Part shown: one piece after another, positions 29,342 to 43,494 of the stretch
Position numbering within the stretch: position 1 is the stretch's first letter
Layout of the letters: each line of letters opens with the position of its first letter
Assembly (NCBI GenBank): GCA_951406725.2
Contig: OX597818.1
Span: 64,604,001-64,668,000, forward strand
Direction of reading: 5' to 3'
DNA: 64,000 nt
From: Octopus vulgaris
Taxonomy: Eukaryota
Notes under the pieces: generated by a model
Seen by the model: the letters and a program-made list of their open reading frames with translations, nothing else
Told to the model about the DNA's origin: nothing
Database searches by the model: none
Translations under genes and position numbers: made by a program

Positions 29342-29715
29342 TGGCACTCCGTCGGTTATGATGACGAAGGTTCTATTTGGTCTGACCAACGGAACTGCCT
29401 GCCCGTGAAATTAACGTGCAATTGGTTGAGCACTCCACATACGCGTGTACAATTCAAGTAGTTCTCGGGGTGATTCAACGTTATTCAAAGTGTGACGAGG
29501 CTAGCCCTTTGAAATACAGGTACAACAGAAACAGGAAGAAAGAGAGAAAGTTGTGGTAAAAGGGTAGAGCAGGGTTCGACACCACCCCTGCCCTAGACTC
29601 GTGGAATTTCAGGTGTTTTCGCTCAACAAACACTCACAACGCCCAATCTGGGAATCGAAACCGCGTTCCCACGACCGCGTGTCCGCTGCCCTAACCACAG
29701 GGTTATTGCGCCTCC
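29342..29715 (-). mobile_element. SINE family C, near full length, reverse
   Basis: Reverse complement begins GGAGGCGCAATAACCCTGTGGTTAGGGCAGCGG...GGTTTCGATTCCC, a tRNA-type A and B box arrangement. Confidence 0.82.
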
Positions 29716-29789
29716 CCACTATTTAAATACTGAGCGGCTTTCTTTCTTTAAATAATCAAGTTAACTAAATATCGTTCCTAGGTACATAG

Positions 29790-30125
29790 GAGAAGGCGGA
29801 GGTGTGAGAAGATTTATTCCCAACCACATGGCTCCGAGTGGAGTCCCATTGTGTTGTAACTATGCCAAGTGTCTTCTACCATAGCCTAGGGCCAACAAAA
29901 ACCTAGAGAATTGATTGGGTTGACGGGGCTTGAAAGACAGCATTCGTTTATATATATAAGCCGAGGTGGAGGCGTGTGGTAAGAAGCTTGCTTCCTAGCC
30001 ACATGGTTCCGGATCCGGTCGCACTGCGTGGCAACTTGGGCGTGTGTGTTCTACAATAACCTAGGGCCGACTAATCCTTGTGAGTGGATTTCGTAGGTGG
30101 AAACTGAAAGAAACCCGTTGTATAT
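29790..30125 (+). mobile_element. Two tandem SINE family B heads
   Basis: CCAACCACATGGCTCC... at ~29820 and GTGTGGTAAGAAGCTTGCTTCCTAGCCACATGGTTCC...GTGGCAACTTGGGC at ~29974. Confidence 0.82.
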
Positions 30126-30386
30126 ATATAGTCTTGTTTTTTTTTTTACTTGTTTCAGTCATTTGGCTGCGTCCATGATGGAGCACCCCCAATATTCAGA
30201 GAAATAAAACCCAGGACTTATTCTTTGTAAACCTAGTACTTATTGTATCAGTTATGTTTGCCGAACTACCAAGGTCCAGGGACGGGAACACAAAAATAAC
30301 TTTTTTTTAGTTACCACCTCAATAGTAAGATCACACTGGATAAGATGTGTCCGTTACGAGATATGTTTGTGAAACGATAGAAGCCG

Positions 30387-30447
30387 GATAACTGAAGAGA
30401 TGGGGACGTGGATTTCCACCTCGGCATCCGAAACTCGGAGTTTTATC
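30387..30447 (+). ncRNA. Type I hammerhead ribozyme motif
   Basis: GATAA-CTGAAGA-GATG(...GTGGA-TT-TCCAC...)CATC-C-GAA-ACTC-G-GAGT-T-TTATC: stem I GATAA/TTATC, stem II GATG/CATC, near-palindromic stem III, GUU triplet at 30440-30442. There is one extra C before GAAA. Confidence 0.72.
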
Positions 30448-30549
30448 ATGGCTACCAAATAATTGTCATATATTACATTTACAGATAAATTCTTCTATTT
30501 ACATAATATCGAGGTCAATTTCTTTCTTTTCTTGTCTTAACCATTTTAT

Positions 30550-30583
<34 letters not shown>

Positions 30584-30844
30584 GAGAGAATATTTCGCCT
30601 TCGGTCTCACAAATTCACTCACAAGCATTTGATCCGCCCGTGGCTATAAATGAGGGCACTTGTCAAAGATTCCACGAAGTGGGGCAGAACTTGTAATCAT
30701 GTGATTGGGAACCTAACTTCTTATACTCATGCAGTTTAGAAAGAACGAGCGTATGCGCATAAATTGTTCACTGTTGTATTAAGGGTTGATGATATCAACA
30801 CGCCTACATTAAAATCCAATTCTATCTCTTTACAGACATATAAA

Positions 30845-31050
30845 TCCTTTCAAATTTGGAAGAAGGCTAGCAACTTCGTGGTTGCTGTAAGTTAATTGCA
30901 TCGAACCAAGTCATCAGCTGGTACTTAATTTTTACGACGCCGATAGGATGAATGGTAAAGTCAACCTCGGCAGAGTATGAATTCGGAGCAAAAAGACAGA
31001 CGAAATGGCGTTAAGCATTTTCCCTCGCCTGCTAACAATTGTGCCAGATC
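30845..31050 (-). mobile_element. SINE family A, reverse, diverged
   Basis: CTGGTACTTAATTTTTACGACGCCGATAGGATGAATGGTAAAGTCAACCTCGGC. Confidence 0.75.
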
Positions 31051-31809
31051 TGCTGGCATAATAATGATATGTGTTTTAATATATTTTGAATCAGAATTAT
31101 GCAATGTGGAGGAATTTGGTTGTTAATTATTACATGACCCCTGACCATGTAATGGCTTTCATGTTTGGCCAATATTTAGGTACAAAATGAACCAAAGAAA
31201 CGTATCATACAGCATCTAATAGAAATATGCAAATACGCAAATACAAATAAATAATCTATACAAATGACTGTTCGTGTTCTACATTAATGTTTTAGTATAA
31301 ATCTACGTTTATGTAGAAACAGACTTTTTTTTCATGTTGTACACGTTTGTTTATATATAGCTACGTGACCTCTTCTGCCTCTATGATCGGTCGACCTCAT
31401 TAATAGATTATTTGCTTAATATAGCATGAAAGGTCAGAACGTGCTTCTCCTCTTCTGTCTATTCAGACGTATTTTATTGAGTGGAATTTAAATGGTTTTT
31501 ATCGATCTGGCCGTCACAATGCAGTAGCCAATCCTGATTTGATTATACTTGAAGTTCTAAAATACTAGCAGGACACAATGTGTACAAATGGTCCTAATAC
31601 CATGAAACGTGATTCATAAGTGTGCTTAGGTATGGATTAACTAATTATGAGATAATCAAATTGTGTAAATAATTAATTCAATTAGACTTTAAGCAGCAGT
31701 AAGGATTCACATTGACTATTACTCCTTAGATACAAGTGATACTTAAATGAAAACTTAAGAAAAAACAACGGGTATGGAATTAAGAAGTTTTAATAAGTCA
31801 CGTAATTAG

Positions 31810-32240
31810 GAATTAATTAGACTTTCTGCTCCAGCGTCAATTACTTCGCAGAAATGTTCACTAAACCCAACTGAATCTATTCATGTCACTTAAGAACTAT
31901 TTTAGGTATGGATCTCTAATTTAAGAAGTATTTTCTACTAATTACTATACACTAATTAAGAAGAAACATGCAGAAACACTGTTTTCAAGCTACTTGATGA
32001 ATGCAGCAGAAGAAACATGTCTTAGACCCAGTTGACATGGAAGGAAGACTTTAAGAAACATCCCAAGTATTGGAAGGCAATACGAAATCTTTATTTAGAT
32101 CGTTAATTAGGCCTTAATTAGACTTTCTGCTACGGTGTAAATTATTTAACAACAACATTCGGCTCGTCAAACTGAATATAATTATAGTATGTAAGAATGA
32201 TAGGTATGGATCCCTAATGTAAGAAGCGTTTTGACTAATT
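31810..32240. repeat. Diverged direct duplication, ~300-bp period
   Basis: TTAATTAGACTTTCTGCT...AACTGAAT...TAGGTATGGATC.CTAAT.TAAGAAG at ~31813 and ~32113, with partial echoes at ~31627-31690. Confidence 0.78.
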
Positions 32241-32859
32241 AACATATCATCGTCTATTGAAACTGGACGAACACCTTTAAATGAAAAAATGTTGATATAT
32301 GTAAATCATTGCATTCTATTTAACAATCATGTGGTTCTGGAATGTCCAATTTTGCGTTATGTATATTGAGAAGACCTGTGATACGATGCATGGTGTACAC
32401 AAGCACGTGTGTGTATTCCGCTGCAGGCTACACGCACCGGATTTGCGATCCCAAGTGATTGCGTCCTTAATTGCAGGCGTCCGCTAGTCGCATGCTCGTT
32501 GAATCTCATCCCACATCTAAACAGAATTTCAGCATCTTTTGAAAGTCTGACATCGTAAGTAGCCCATACACGTACTAGTAGTGAATAGCGACAGTAGTAC
32601 TATTAACATTGATATCTATCTTTACGTGGACATTTTGTTAGAATGCTGAAAATGATGAACAAAAGGAGATAAGTTCATATTGTTGCCAAACGAGAGCTGT
32701 CTGTCTACTACAGGCACTGCAACAGCCAGGTCAAGTCATTTTGACTAAACGGTTCCTTCAGTGCCACAGGTTTTATGGTCACGTCCAACACAAGCTTCAA
32801 ACCCGACGATTTATAGCATGTGAATATCTTCTTTACAGGAAGTGATCGCATATACAGCC

Positions 32860-32951
<92 letters not shown>

Positions 32952-32964
32952 CATATATAAATAT

Positions 32965-33011
<47 letters not shown>

Positions 33012-33235
33012 TATATATATATATATTTATGCATACATTTATATATGTACATATATATATGTATGTATGTATATATGTATGTGTATATATGTGTGTGCGC
33101 GCGAGTGTGTATGTGTATGTATTACATCAATATTCATTTATACTCTTTTTATGTTTCAGCCTTGAGAGTGTAGTCATGCTGGGGGCACCGTATATATATA
33201 TATACATACATACACACACACACACATACACACAC

Positions 33236-33345
<110 letters not shown>

Positions 33346-33856
33346 TATATACTTATATGTATGTATATAAGTAAATAATTTGCTTAGAAGTATTAAACGT
33401 GTTGAAAACATTTCGAGGTCGGTAAAATAACTACAAGCGATTTGCTCCACTGCAGATAAAACAGTTTTAAAATAATGGGGCGTACAATGATTTTTTTTTG
33501 TACAGAGTTAAACATAAAAATGATCTATGGACACATGGAAAGGACACGGTAATAGTATACAACATTAAAAGCATATATTATTTCCCCTCCACGAGCCTGT
33601 ACTTCCGTAGTATATGATGTACCTGATATTAAATGTAATGGACGTCAGTATTAAAATGTAAAAATGTTTAGCACTTAACATATTAAAATAAATTATTTAA
33701 ATCACAGATACAGACTGAAACCATTGTTTATATGTCGGTGTGGAATATAGACATATGGTTATGAATATCACTACCATGGTTCTAAAGATGAGGTGCTTGC
33801 AGACATATACATAACCATATATAGACACACACACACACACACACACACACAACACA

Positions 33857-33932
<76 letters not shown>

Positions 33933-35030
33933 TGTATTCATGTTTATATATATACATTTTGATATACATACAGAAATGTATACCTATTACATACATATAT
34001 ATATACACTCGCATATACATATTAATAATACATATAAGCACAAATACATAAGTGTTTCCCCCTCTTCCTTTACTCTCTCACTCTCTCTCTTCCTTTCTCT
34101 CTCTCGCTCTCTCACTCTCTCTCTCTCTCGCTCTCTCACTTGCTCTCTTCCTCTCTCTCTCTCCCTCTCTCGTTCTCTCACTCTCTCTCTCTCTCTTTGT
34201 ATACCTCTATATCGCAGGTGTAAAATCTGTACAGTTTCATTAGTTAAGTACTTTCTATTTTGAGCTACATTTGAAACGATAATTATTCGAACGGATACTT
34301 AAATGATAAATGATGGAAGTTTTGGAACTACTTTGAATAATGGCCATCTCTGAAGAATATCAGAACATAACAAGTCAAGTAGACGGAACAATTCTCATGT
34401 AGTCATTTATCAAATACTGTACTTTCATTAAATAAACGAAGCGTCACATTTGTAAAATTGTACAATTCATAAGTGAAAAATAATAATAGCGCTACGTATA
34501 ATTATATAGCTATAAATATATATATAAGTTTATAAATACATACACTTACTCGCACATTGGCCCGGCCTGCCAGAAGATATATTCACACAAATAAACACGC
34601 ATTTATATGTTTATTGATATCGAAAATATATCACATTCTCAATTAGATTTACTGCCCTACAGACAATAATCCATATATGTGCATAAACAGTAAAAAAAAT
34701 GTTTCGATTCTTGTAAACTAGTGAGTGTGTGTACGTGTGTGTGTAAGAAAAGGTACTGTTTATTTGTACGTGTATATTTTTCACTGCTGTTTCACTGAAT
34801 TTAGTATGGCAATTCTGGGACATCGGCTACAAATGTTTTGTTGAACATAAGGAAGCCATTAACTATTTCTGGTTCGTATATCGGTCTACATGTTACGGGA
34901 CGCTGAGGAATAACAGCATATATACAAAAGCTGTGTCTCTCTTTGTGTGTCTGCATATACGCTTCGTGTGTATATACAGATATATTATAATATAGATGCA
35001 TCTGGAAATACATTTATTCATATATACATA

Positions 35031-35120
<90 letters not shown>

Positions 35121-35190
35121 AATCAATCAATATGTCTATCTATTTATCTACCTACCTATCTCCTTATCTATCTATATATCTATCTATTTT

Positions 35191-35223
<33 letters not shown>

Positions 35224-35308
35224 TTATCTGTCTGTCTATTTCTCTATCTATTTATCTATCTCTCTCTCAATCTATCTATCTGTCTGCCTGTCGATCTATC
35301 TACATACA

Positions 35309-35372
<64 letters not shown>

Positions 35373-35589
35373 CATCCAACCGTACATGTGTGATTTTTGT
35401 GTTATTATTTAGTTAATCCTCTTGCGCGTAACAGTGAAATGTATGAGTGTGCGTGTATGTATTATGTGTGTTTGCATTGGTTAATTCATGTTTGTTATTT
35501 TTCCATGTGAAAGTGTCTCTGGTTGGCTTGGAGCTATCTATGTTGCATTATGTGGTTGTGTAGTACCAAGTAAATGTGTTGATACTGTG

Positions 35590-35800
35590 TGGATGTGCTT
35601 TATTTTTATTATTTGCATTTTGATTATAAATGAGGAGACAACAAGCAAGTGTATTAGTTTGACGCTCGAGAAGGAGGGGAAAAGGTTTTGCCGTTTCGAG
35701 GCTACGCTCTTCTACAGAAAGATTTGAGAGGAAAAACATGGAGAGATAAAGAAAAAAAAAGAGAACTGAGAGTGAAAGAACATAAGTAAGGATTAATGGT
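35590..35800 (-). mobile_element. pLTR-like family P copy 3, variant hammerhead at 35686-35721
   Basis: Reverse complement: CTTT-CTGTAGA-A-GAG-CGTAGC-CTC-GAAAC-GGC-AAAA. The triplet has decayed to GGC. It lies downstream of PLE RT fragments on the same strand. Confidence 0.72.
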
Positions 35801-35869
35801 TCAGCATGATGAAAAGATTCAAAGAAAAAAGGTTGCGAGAAGGGGAAATAAATAGCGGTGTGCCGGCTG

Positions 35870-35985
35870 AAATAGTGAGATGAGAATATCTGGGCCTCAT
35901 CGAAACCGACGAAGAAGGTACCGTAGATGGGTCTCATTCTTGTTCCCATGGACATCTTCCGAAACCTGGTGATGACCATGATGTT
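35870..35985 (-). pseudogene. Second short fragment of Penelope-like RT
   Basis: MSMGTRMRPIYGTFFVGFDEAQIFS parallels the PLE RT motif GVAMGTRMGPSYA.LF.G..E..IF and the fragment at 37130-37215. Confidence 0.72.
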
Positions 35986-36289
35986 GATGAAGACAGTTAA
36001 GATGGTTATGGGGAAGGATGTGTAGAAGAATATGTAGATGATGATGAGGGTAACATCGGTGATGATGTGTGTAAAAATGGTGTATGTGAGTGTGCATCCC
36101 TAAATGGGGCCGAGCGAAAGCGAATGTATGTGTGAGTGAGATGAAAACATGTGTGTCTATGGCAGCGTGCATGTATAAGTGTATAAGAAACCCAGTGCGT
36201 GCATTGTGTAGAGTGATGTGAATTTTGTGAAAATATGTGTGTTTATGTGTATGGACGTGTGTAAATGTGTGTGAGGCTGTATCTATTAT

Positions 36290-36425
36290 GCGGCGAGCTG
36301 GCAGAATCGTTAGCACGCCAGGCGAAATTCTTAGCGGTATTTCCACTGCTGTTACGTTCTGCGTTTAAACTCCACCGATGTCGACTTTGCCTTTCATCCT
36401 TTCAGGGTCGAATCAATAAGTACCA
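36290..36425 (+). mobile_element. SINE family A, 3'-truncated
   Basis: GCGGCGAGCTGGCAGAATCGTTAGCACGCCAGGCGAAAT...GTCGACTTTGCCTTTCATCCTTTCAGGGTCGAA. Confidence 0.9.
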
Positions 36426-36589
36426 GGGATGCGTGGTGGAGTGTGTTGTGAGTACGCTTTTGAACAGTGTGTATGAGTGTTTCCTTAATAGTGTGTCTGT
36501 TGGAAGTACTGAGTTGGACAGGTGTGGGGTGGAGTGGAAGAGCAGTAAGTATACTAGGGTGTGTGAGGATACGTGTGTGATTCATTTTA

Positions 36590-37325
36590 GACGAAGATAG
36601 GTGGCGTATTTAAGGCCATTAAGAGCAAAGACCTGAAGAGAGGAAGATCAAATTCCTGCTCATGGCGGAGGCGGGACTTCGGGTGGCACCCGTACAAAGG
36701 CAGCCCGAACAAAAACAGATGTTGTAGCGAATGACCGGTTGAGCGCAAATGGCCCGAGACCGGGTTCTCATTGCCAAGTCTGATGTCTTGGAAGTGCTCT
36801 GTGAACCGGTCTGCAATCAGCGTACCATTTGACCAATGTACAGAGAAGGACAGAGGCAAAGAGAAAGAAGGAGATGCAGTAAATGACTTGCTGTATATGC
36901 AGATAAATGAGTCGGCGATGTAATTTGGGCGGTGTTCGGTGCTTGTGAGAGTAGTGGTGTTGGAGAGGTAGTGGCTGGTGCGAAAGAGTTTTTGAGAGAA
37001 AGAGGATGAGCCAGGTCGGGTGCCAGGTATATGGGAGCGGAAGGAGCCAAGATGTTCACCGATGAGTGAGGTAGCGCCGATATAGGCGTCAATAAGGCAA
37101 CTATATTGATCAGGAGTAGGACCAGTTACATGTGAGAATATTTGGGCCTCAAGAAAATTGACGAAAAGGCTGCCATAGATGGGGTGCATTCTTGTTACCA
37201 TGGTCATCTTCCGAGAGTTGATAGTGTAACTTCCCTGGGAGCAGGAAACAGTCAAGGGAGAGGCCGAGTATAGCTAAACGAAGAATGGAGGTTTCGGGGT
37301 GTGGATATGGACGAAGTTCTAGAAA
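36590..37325 (-). mobile_element. Decayed Penelope-like retroelement (RT + GIY-YIG endonuclease, Neptune-like)
   Basis: Frameshifted pieces: LELRPYPHPETSILRLAILGLSLDCF; MVTRMHPIYGSLFVNFLEAQIFSHVTGPTPDQYSCLIDAYIGATS (decayed YIDD); CLCPSLYIGQ; IADRFTEHFQDIRLGNENPVSGHLRSTGHS...RLRHEQ (GIY-YIG with R..EH and H....H). Confidence 0.87.
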
Positions 37326-39440
37326 GTATATATACTCCCATATATATATATGGGAGTATACAACGATAACTCCATGCAATATAAACATAACGTCACAAGA
37401 AATTTGAAAAGCTACACGCGAAACCGGTAATTTCTTTAAAAATTTTAAAATTGTCATTTTAAGGAAAGGAAAAAAATTTTTCCAATATTCTCCAGACATT
37501 TTGACACAAATATATATATTTTTTAACATTTAAGCCTTCTGTCGTTTTTTCACACTTTACTATTTTCTTATATATTCACCCACGTGCTTTACCAAACAAA
37601 CTTTCTTATCTATATATATATATATATATATCACGTAATAAAATGCATACTATGAAAAGTATAATTTTGGGTGTGTAAGTAGTTAATTTTACACTGGAAA
37701 TAAATGAATTATTTTTGCTTATTTACCGGTTCCTTACTCAGGTAAGCTTTGGAATGTATCTCGAACTATGATAGGAAATGTTGCTTATACAAAAAAAAGG
37801 AAGCATCTCTAAAATTGGGCGTACTCTGTAGAGTCTTATTAGTCACCAAATGTGTAGGCGTACAAAACATGCATGTGTACACATAAACCATGAAAGAAGT
37901 TGTTTGCAGATGGCTCAAGTAACCCTCGAGATAAACGTAACTTGGTGCAGAGGTTGAGTTGTCCTGCGCTACACTGAAAAATATGTCTATAATAATATTT
38001 CTCCGGCGTAATTCTTTGAAAGCAAACTCCATCACACAGACTGTAATTACTATCTCTTCTTAATTCTCCATTTTAATGTGTCTGAATGGACATTCCCTAT
38101 TTTCCTTCATTAGTATTTTGCCTCAATGCGCAATGTGTCGACATATATTTCTAAAGTGCTCTCATTTTTGTTTTCACATTCTAATCATCTCTTGAAAATG
38201 GCATTTTTCTTTTATTAATTCCTTTCCCGAAATGTGGCAATGAACATCTATTTTGTCGTTATATCAATGGTTTGCGTAGAAGTTCTTCTAAAAAGGAATA
38301 AAGCGTTTGAAGGCGTCAAATTACAGAAATCTTCGGAAGAATACGTCTTACAAAACTTTTTTTATGCTAGTAAATGTTTAGGATTAAAAATAAACATATC
38401 AGAAAAATAAGTTGGAGTCCAAGATGTGTTCTAAGAAGTGCAGAAGAATTTCGGTTATAGCCTGTAAAACTCCTAGCATTCTTTACATGAAATAACACGT
38501 GACTAAATTGAAAATTGAAAGTTAAGCGGTTTCTCATCAGAAGCACTTCGTATTGCAAACTTCCTTTTTTCGAAAATTGCTATTTTTAAAGCGTTCATTT
38601 CATAATTTGCTTTCATTAACATAGAAAAGCCCTTAATCCTAACAAATCCCTTCTGTGACAGCTTTTTCAGAAAATATCGAGCAAGGTTGCACATGATAAT
38701 TACTTGCACTTGTAACCGCACCTCTTCCACAAAAACTGAGAATTGCGAAATTCAGCTAAATGCCAGCTCCAAATATTTATCCATTTTTTCGTTAAGGTTT
38801 ATTTGTTTACGACTAACCTTTTTCTAACCTTACTTCTGCAGATCGTAATTGCTTTGTGACTGTCATCTCCCAAAGAAAAATAAGACAAGAATCTGAATTT
38901 CAATAACTATATTGTTTTCTATTCGCTTTTGTTTTCTCTAGGAATGAACTATGTAAAATTTGACAAATCTGCAAGGGGTATAAGAGGCTCAAAGCAAATA
39001 AGATAATGATGCATATTTCCTTTTTTTTCCCCCCATTACCCATAGCGTTAGCCCACTTGTTATTTTCTCCTAGCTTTCCAAATTTTCACAGATTGAATCT
39101 CTGAAATAATTGGATTCTGTGAGATGGCGCGTCTAAATATGTGTCTAATGCCCTACCCTTCACAAAGCTTCTTGCGACGTTTGTTGGCATAAATATACGA
39201 CAATGTGTTAATCAGCAAAGTATAAAATTTGAGACATTTACGACTCTATCAAGTAACGAAACGGTTAATTTAGTATTTGAAAAATTTCAGCCAAGAGAAA
39301 AAAAACAATAATAATTTTCAAATTATTATGTTATGCAATATAATCATATACTGATATATGTGAAATAATGTTACAGGTGTTTATAATACTAGCAACAATT
39401 TTGGAGGAAAGAGTAATAAATATATATATATATATATATA

Positions 39441-39830
39441 GGTGCAGGAGTGGTGTGTGGTAAATAGCTTGATTACCAACCACATGGTTCCGGGTTCAGT
39501 CCCACTGCGTGGCACTTTGGGCAAGTATCTTCTTCTATAGCCTCAGGCCGACAAAACGCCTTGTGAGTGGATTTGGTAGACGGAAACTGAAAGAAGCCCG
39601 TCATATATATATATATATGTATATATGTGTGTGGGGGGGGGTGTCTATGTTTATCTACCCAATATCACTTGACAACCGATGCTGCTGCGTTTACGTCCCG
39701 GTAACTTAGCGTAAGAACGATAGAATTAGTACTAGGATTACAAAAATTAAGTCCTCGGGTCGATTTGTTCGACTGAAGGCGGTGCTCTAGCATAGCCGCA
39801 GTCAAGATCAAATGACTGAAACAAATAAAA

Positions 39831-39833
<3 letters not shown>
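39441..39833 (+). mobile_element. SINE family B (CORE-like), near full length, within (TA)n
   Basis: GGTGCAGGAGTGGTGTGTGGTAAATAGCTTG...GGGTTCAGTCCC (B box)...GTGGCACTTTGGGCAAGT (CORE-like)...AAATGACTGAAACAAATAAAAGAA(TA)n. Confidence 0.92.
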
Positions 39834-39892
<59 letters not shown>

Positions 39893-40042
39893 AGATAAAC
39901 TTAGATATGTTTCGACCAAAGTTTGTTCAGATCTATGTCTAACTTAATAGCACAGCATGATTGGATTATCTAAACTCTTTTTAGGTCAACTTTCGTGGTG
40001 CCATGGGCTATTCGAGTTGGGAGTTCTTCTTGAGTGAACTGA

Positions 40043-40110
<68 letters not shown>

Positions 40111-40801
40111 TTTTAATTCTTTGAGCTATTTGGCTGTTGCCATACTGGAACACCGCCTAGTAGTTATTGTATCGGCCTCTTTAACCAAAACCGGTTGTCA
40201 AGCAATGATGAAGAACAAACACACAAATACACACACACAAACACGCACATGGATATATATAGAGATAGATATATATATACATAAAATCACACACAAAAAT
40301 ACACAGACACAGAGACACACAGACACACACACAAATATATATACATATACATACGACGCGCCCTCGATATAACATCCACTTCTTCCATTTCACTTCCAGA
40401 AATTTCTATACAAAATTAAAAAATCAAATCACAAACCACACCCAACAAAGCCAACGGCAAACACTTTAAATGAACAACCACCATTATTATATATACCATG
40501 TGTAAATTTACAATCACACCAAAAATATTCTATAGGCATTGTACCTGCTCACCGTATATTGTCTGCATTGAAATATTTGTGGACTACAGGCATACAAGCC
40601 CCCCGTCCGTCTATATATCCACGAACGTATCTGCGCGCGCGTATGTGAAAATGTATATTATATTCATATAGGCTGGCAAAGTATAACTTGCAATTTGTGA
40701 TATACGCAGATGGTAGAAGATTGCATTTAATGTGTGCGTCAGGGTTGTTTGTGAATGTATGCATATAAAACACGCCTATGATGGCGTCTACTGTAAGGAC
40801 G

Positions 40802-40854
<53 letters not shown>

Positions 40855-41004
40855 CGTTTCCTTGCTTTGTTTCTATGTTTTCGTTTCTCGTTTTGTTCTA
40901 CGTTTATTTGTGGTGTCCTGTGCTCATATATGCATGTATATATACATATAGATGTAGGTATGTACACATATGTATGTATACATATGTTTTATTTATTCAA
41001 TTGT

Positions 41005-41057
<53 letters not shown>

Positions 41058-43494
41058 CATATATATATTTTTATTTATATTTATATTTATATGTATGTAT
41101 ATGTTTAAATATTTTATATCGATCCGTAATCTGTGTAAATACTCTTTAACTGAAATTACTATGGATTGAATAGAATTTTGCAATCTGTAATAACCTTAAA
41201 TTTATTAAACTTAATGATTTTCAATATTTTCCATTCTTTTTAGGCGAAAATTATTTTAATTGTTTATAATAATCGTTTATAATAATCTATATTAAATCGT
41301 TTAATTCATTAAGTAAAAAAGGCTTCAAGTAAATTATAAATACATATTTATAATGTTTTCACAGATAAAACTACCTATAAATTTTGAAGATTAATTTTTC
41401 GTTGATTCTTCATTTCGCACTAAATATCTTATCATTTTAATTGCATTTCATCCAATAACCGATTAGATCTGTTATATAATTTATTATATTTAGCAAAATC
41501 TTATTCTATATTCCTACGTAAATGATTTTGATAAAATATTTGTTATATATTTGTAACATATTTCATGTTTCACAGCGAAGTATTTTACAATTTGTTGTTG
41601 ATTATATATATTTTAAGAGAGTAATCCATTATATAATTGATGTGTAGGCGTTTGCAGTGAAATACATATGAGATATGAAATGTATGTGAAACGAAAGTTT
41701 CTAGGAAATATGTTACTATGAATCTGGCACACGCATATAATGCAGTTCAAGGAGCAGCGAAATACAGGGTCGGGAAACGAAACAGAATTGTTAAATAATC
41801 TCTGTTTTCGATCTCTTGAAATAGGGTAGCGACTCATTTGGCCCGAAAAAAAAAGCCTATTTCGATGATGGTGTACTATGGAGAATAAAATCGCCCTAAC
41901 GCAGAGTATTGAACGGCAGATACATTTCAAAGCGCCCTCTATGGATTGATATATGTACCTTGGGGATTTTATGCTCTCATCACTACCAAATGCCCAGAGA
42001 ATAACTCCTAAATGATTGAAAGTTCTCTCTCCTAAGAAATCATGTTTTAAAATTACTTTGATGCTTTCAGGTTTTCCTTAAATTGAGAAACCGAAGGCAA
42101 AATTGCGTTTTTACAATTCAAAAACCTCCTGAACGTATTTGAAGTGATCGAAAATATGTTTCGAATATCGTTATTTGAATTTCAGATTTTAGACATTCTC
42201 TAAATATCAAATATACATGATACCGGAGCGAAATAAGACGACTATATACACCTGGCCGTCTATATAACTACAAAAGGAAAAGAAAGATTATCTCGATTAT
42301 CTTTGAAACTTTACCCTAATACTTTAAAGTCGATTGACTCGTATGTATATTTATTACTGTATACTATATGAGAGAAAAGTTGTCGATACCGTCATGGTTC
42401 GAATGTTGCTGAAAATTGAAATATTCCATACACAAAAACGGAATCATATTTAGCGACTTGTACTGTTGTAAGAGGAAGCAATGTGAGACCAACAAGTCTG
42501 CATTTAATATGTCGATGTTTAAAAAATCAAATAAATTAAGATATAAATTGATAAATAAACAAATATAAAAATATTTGTCACATACCTGGCATAAATATAT
42601 GACTTTAGATATAGCGAAGAACAATAAATAAACCTCTCCCTCTATATATATATATATGTACGCATACATACAACATACACACAAACAAACACACGCACAA
42701 GAAATTTCACGGAAGGCCACAACAGTGCCAACAACATGATTAACAACGACATCAACAGTGGCGCTGACAACGATAGCAATACTAACAACTGCAACTACAT
42801 TAATGGTAACAACGTGGGCGAACACATACAGAGAAGATAAGAAGAACTGCACTATATTTTGCGTGTCTTAGGTCTGCAGCTGCACAATGGGGTGAGAGGA
42901 TGTGGCTGTTGAGGGGAAGGCCACACTGCTGCTAAATTATGTCACACACACAAGACAAACAAGGACACAAACGCATGCGCATATAACGATACACACCTTA
43001 GAAGAACAGAATGGAGTAAGTGGAGCAAGATCCCACACGAGAACAAAAGGGCTGCTGAAGAAGTCACACGAAAGATTTCCGGACAATGGACATAATTTAA
43101 AATAATAAAATAAGAACAGTAATAAATGATGAAGAAAGAGATACAGTGCGTGTGTTTATTTGGGAACAATAAATGACCGTCCCGAAATACACTATCGGTT
43201 TCAACACTCGATTTCACATCATGAATCGTTCAACACAAACCGATAACCGTATACATACACACACACTTTCATACACGCTTGGTGGCTGCCCCCTCGTTAT
43301 CGATTATGGCCATTACACGAAGGTTAATCAATGTTGTTATCGTACAATGCCTTTGCAAGAAGATTCTTTTAGAGTGAGGAACGGCTGTGCACTGAGTCAA
43401 TCCCACTCACTAAGCAACAGCAGCCATAATCAGAAAAGAAGAATAAGTCAACATCATCGGTAACAACTGTGCCGCAGGTTTTATGTCAGAGTTA

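Noticed and set aside
29640-29715. tRNA gene-like A/B boxes
   Set aside because: This is the head of a SINE continuing into a repeat body; no complete cloverleaf.
38520-38550. Minus-strand CTGATGAGAAAC
   Set aside because: No stem II between the core halves and no stem I pairing.
43050-43085. CTGAAGA-A-GT-CAC-AC-GAAA-GATTTC
   Set aside because: Only a 2-bp stem II and marginal stems I and III; compatible with chance.
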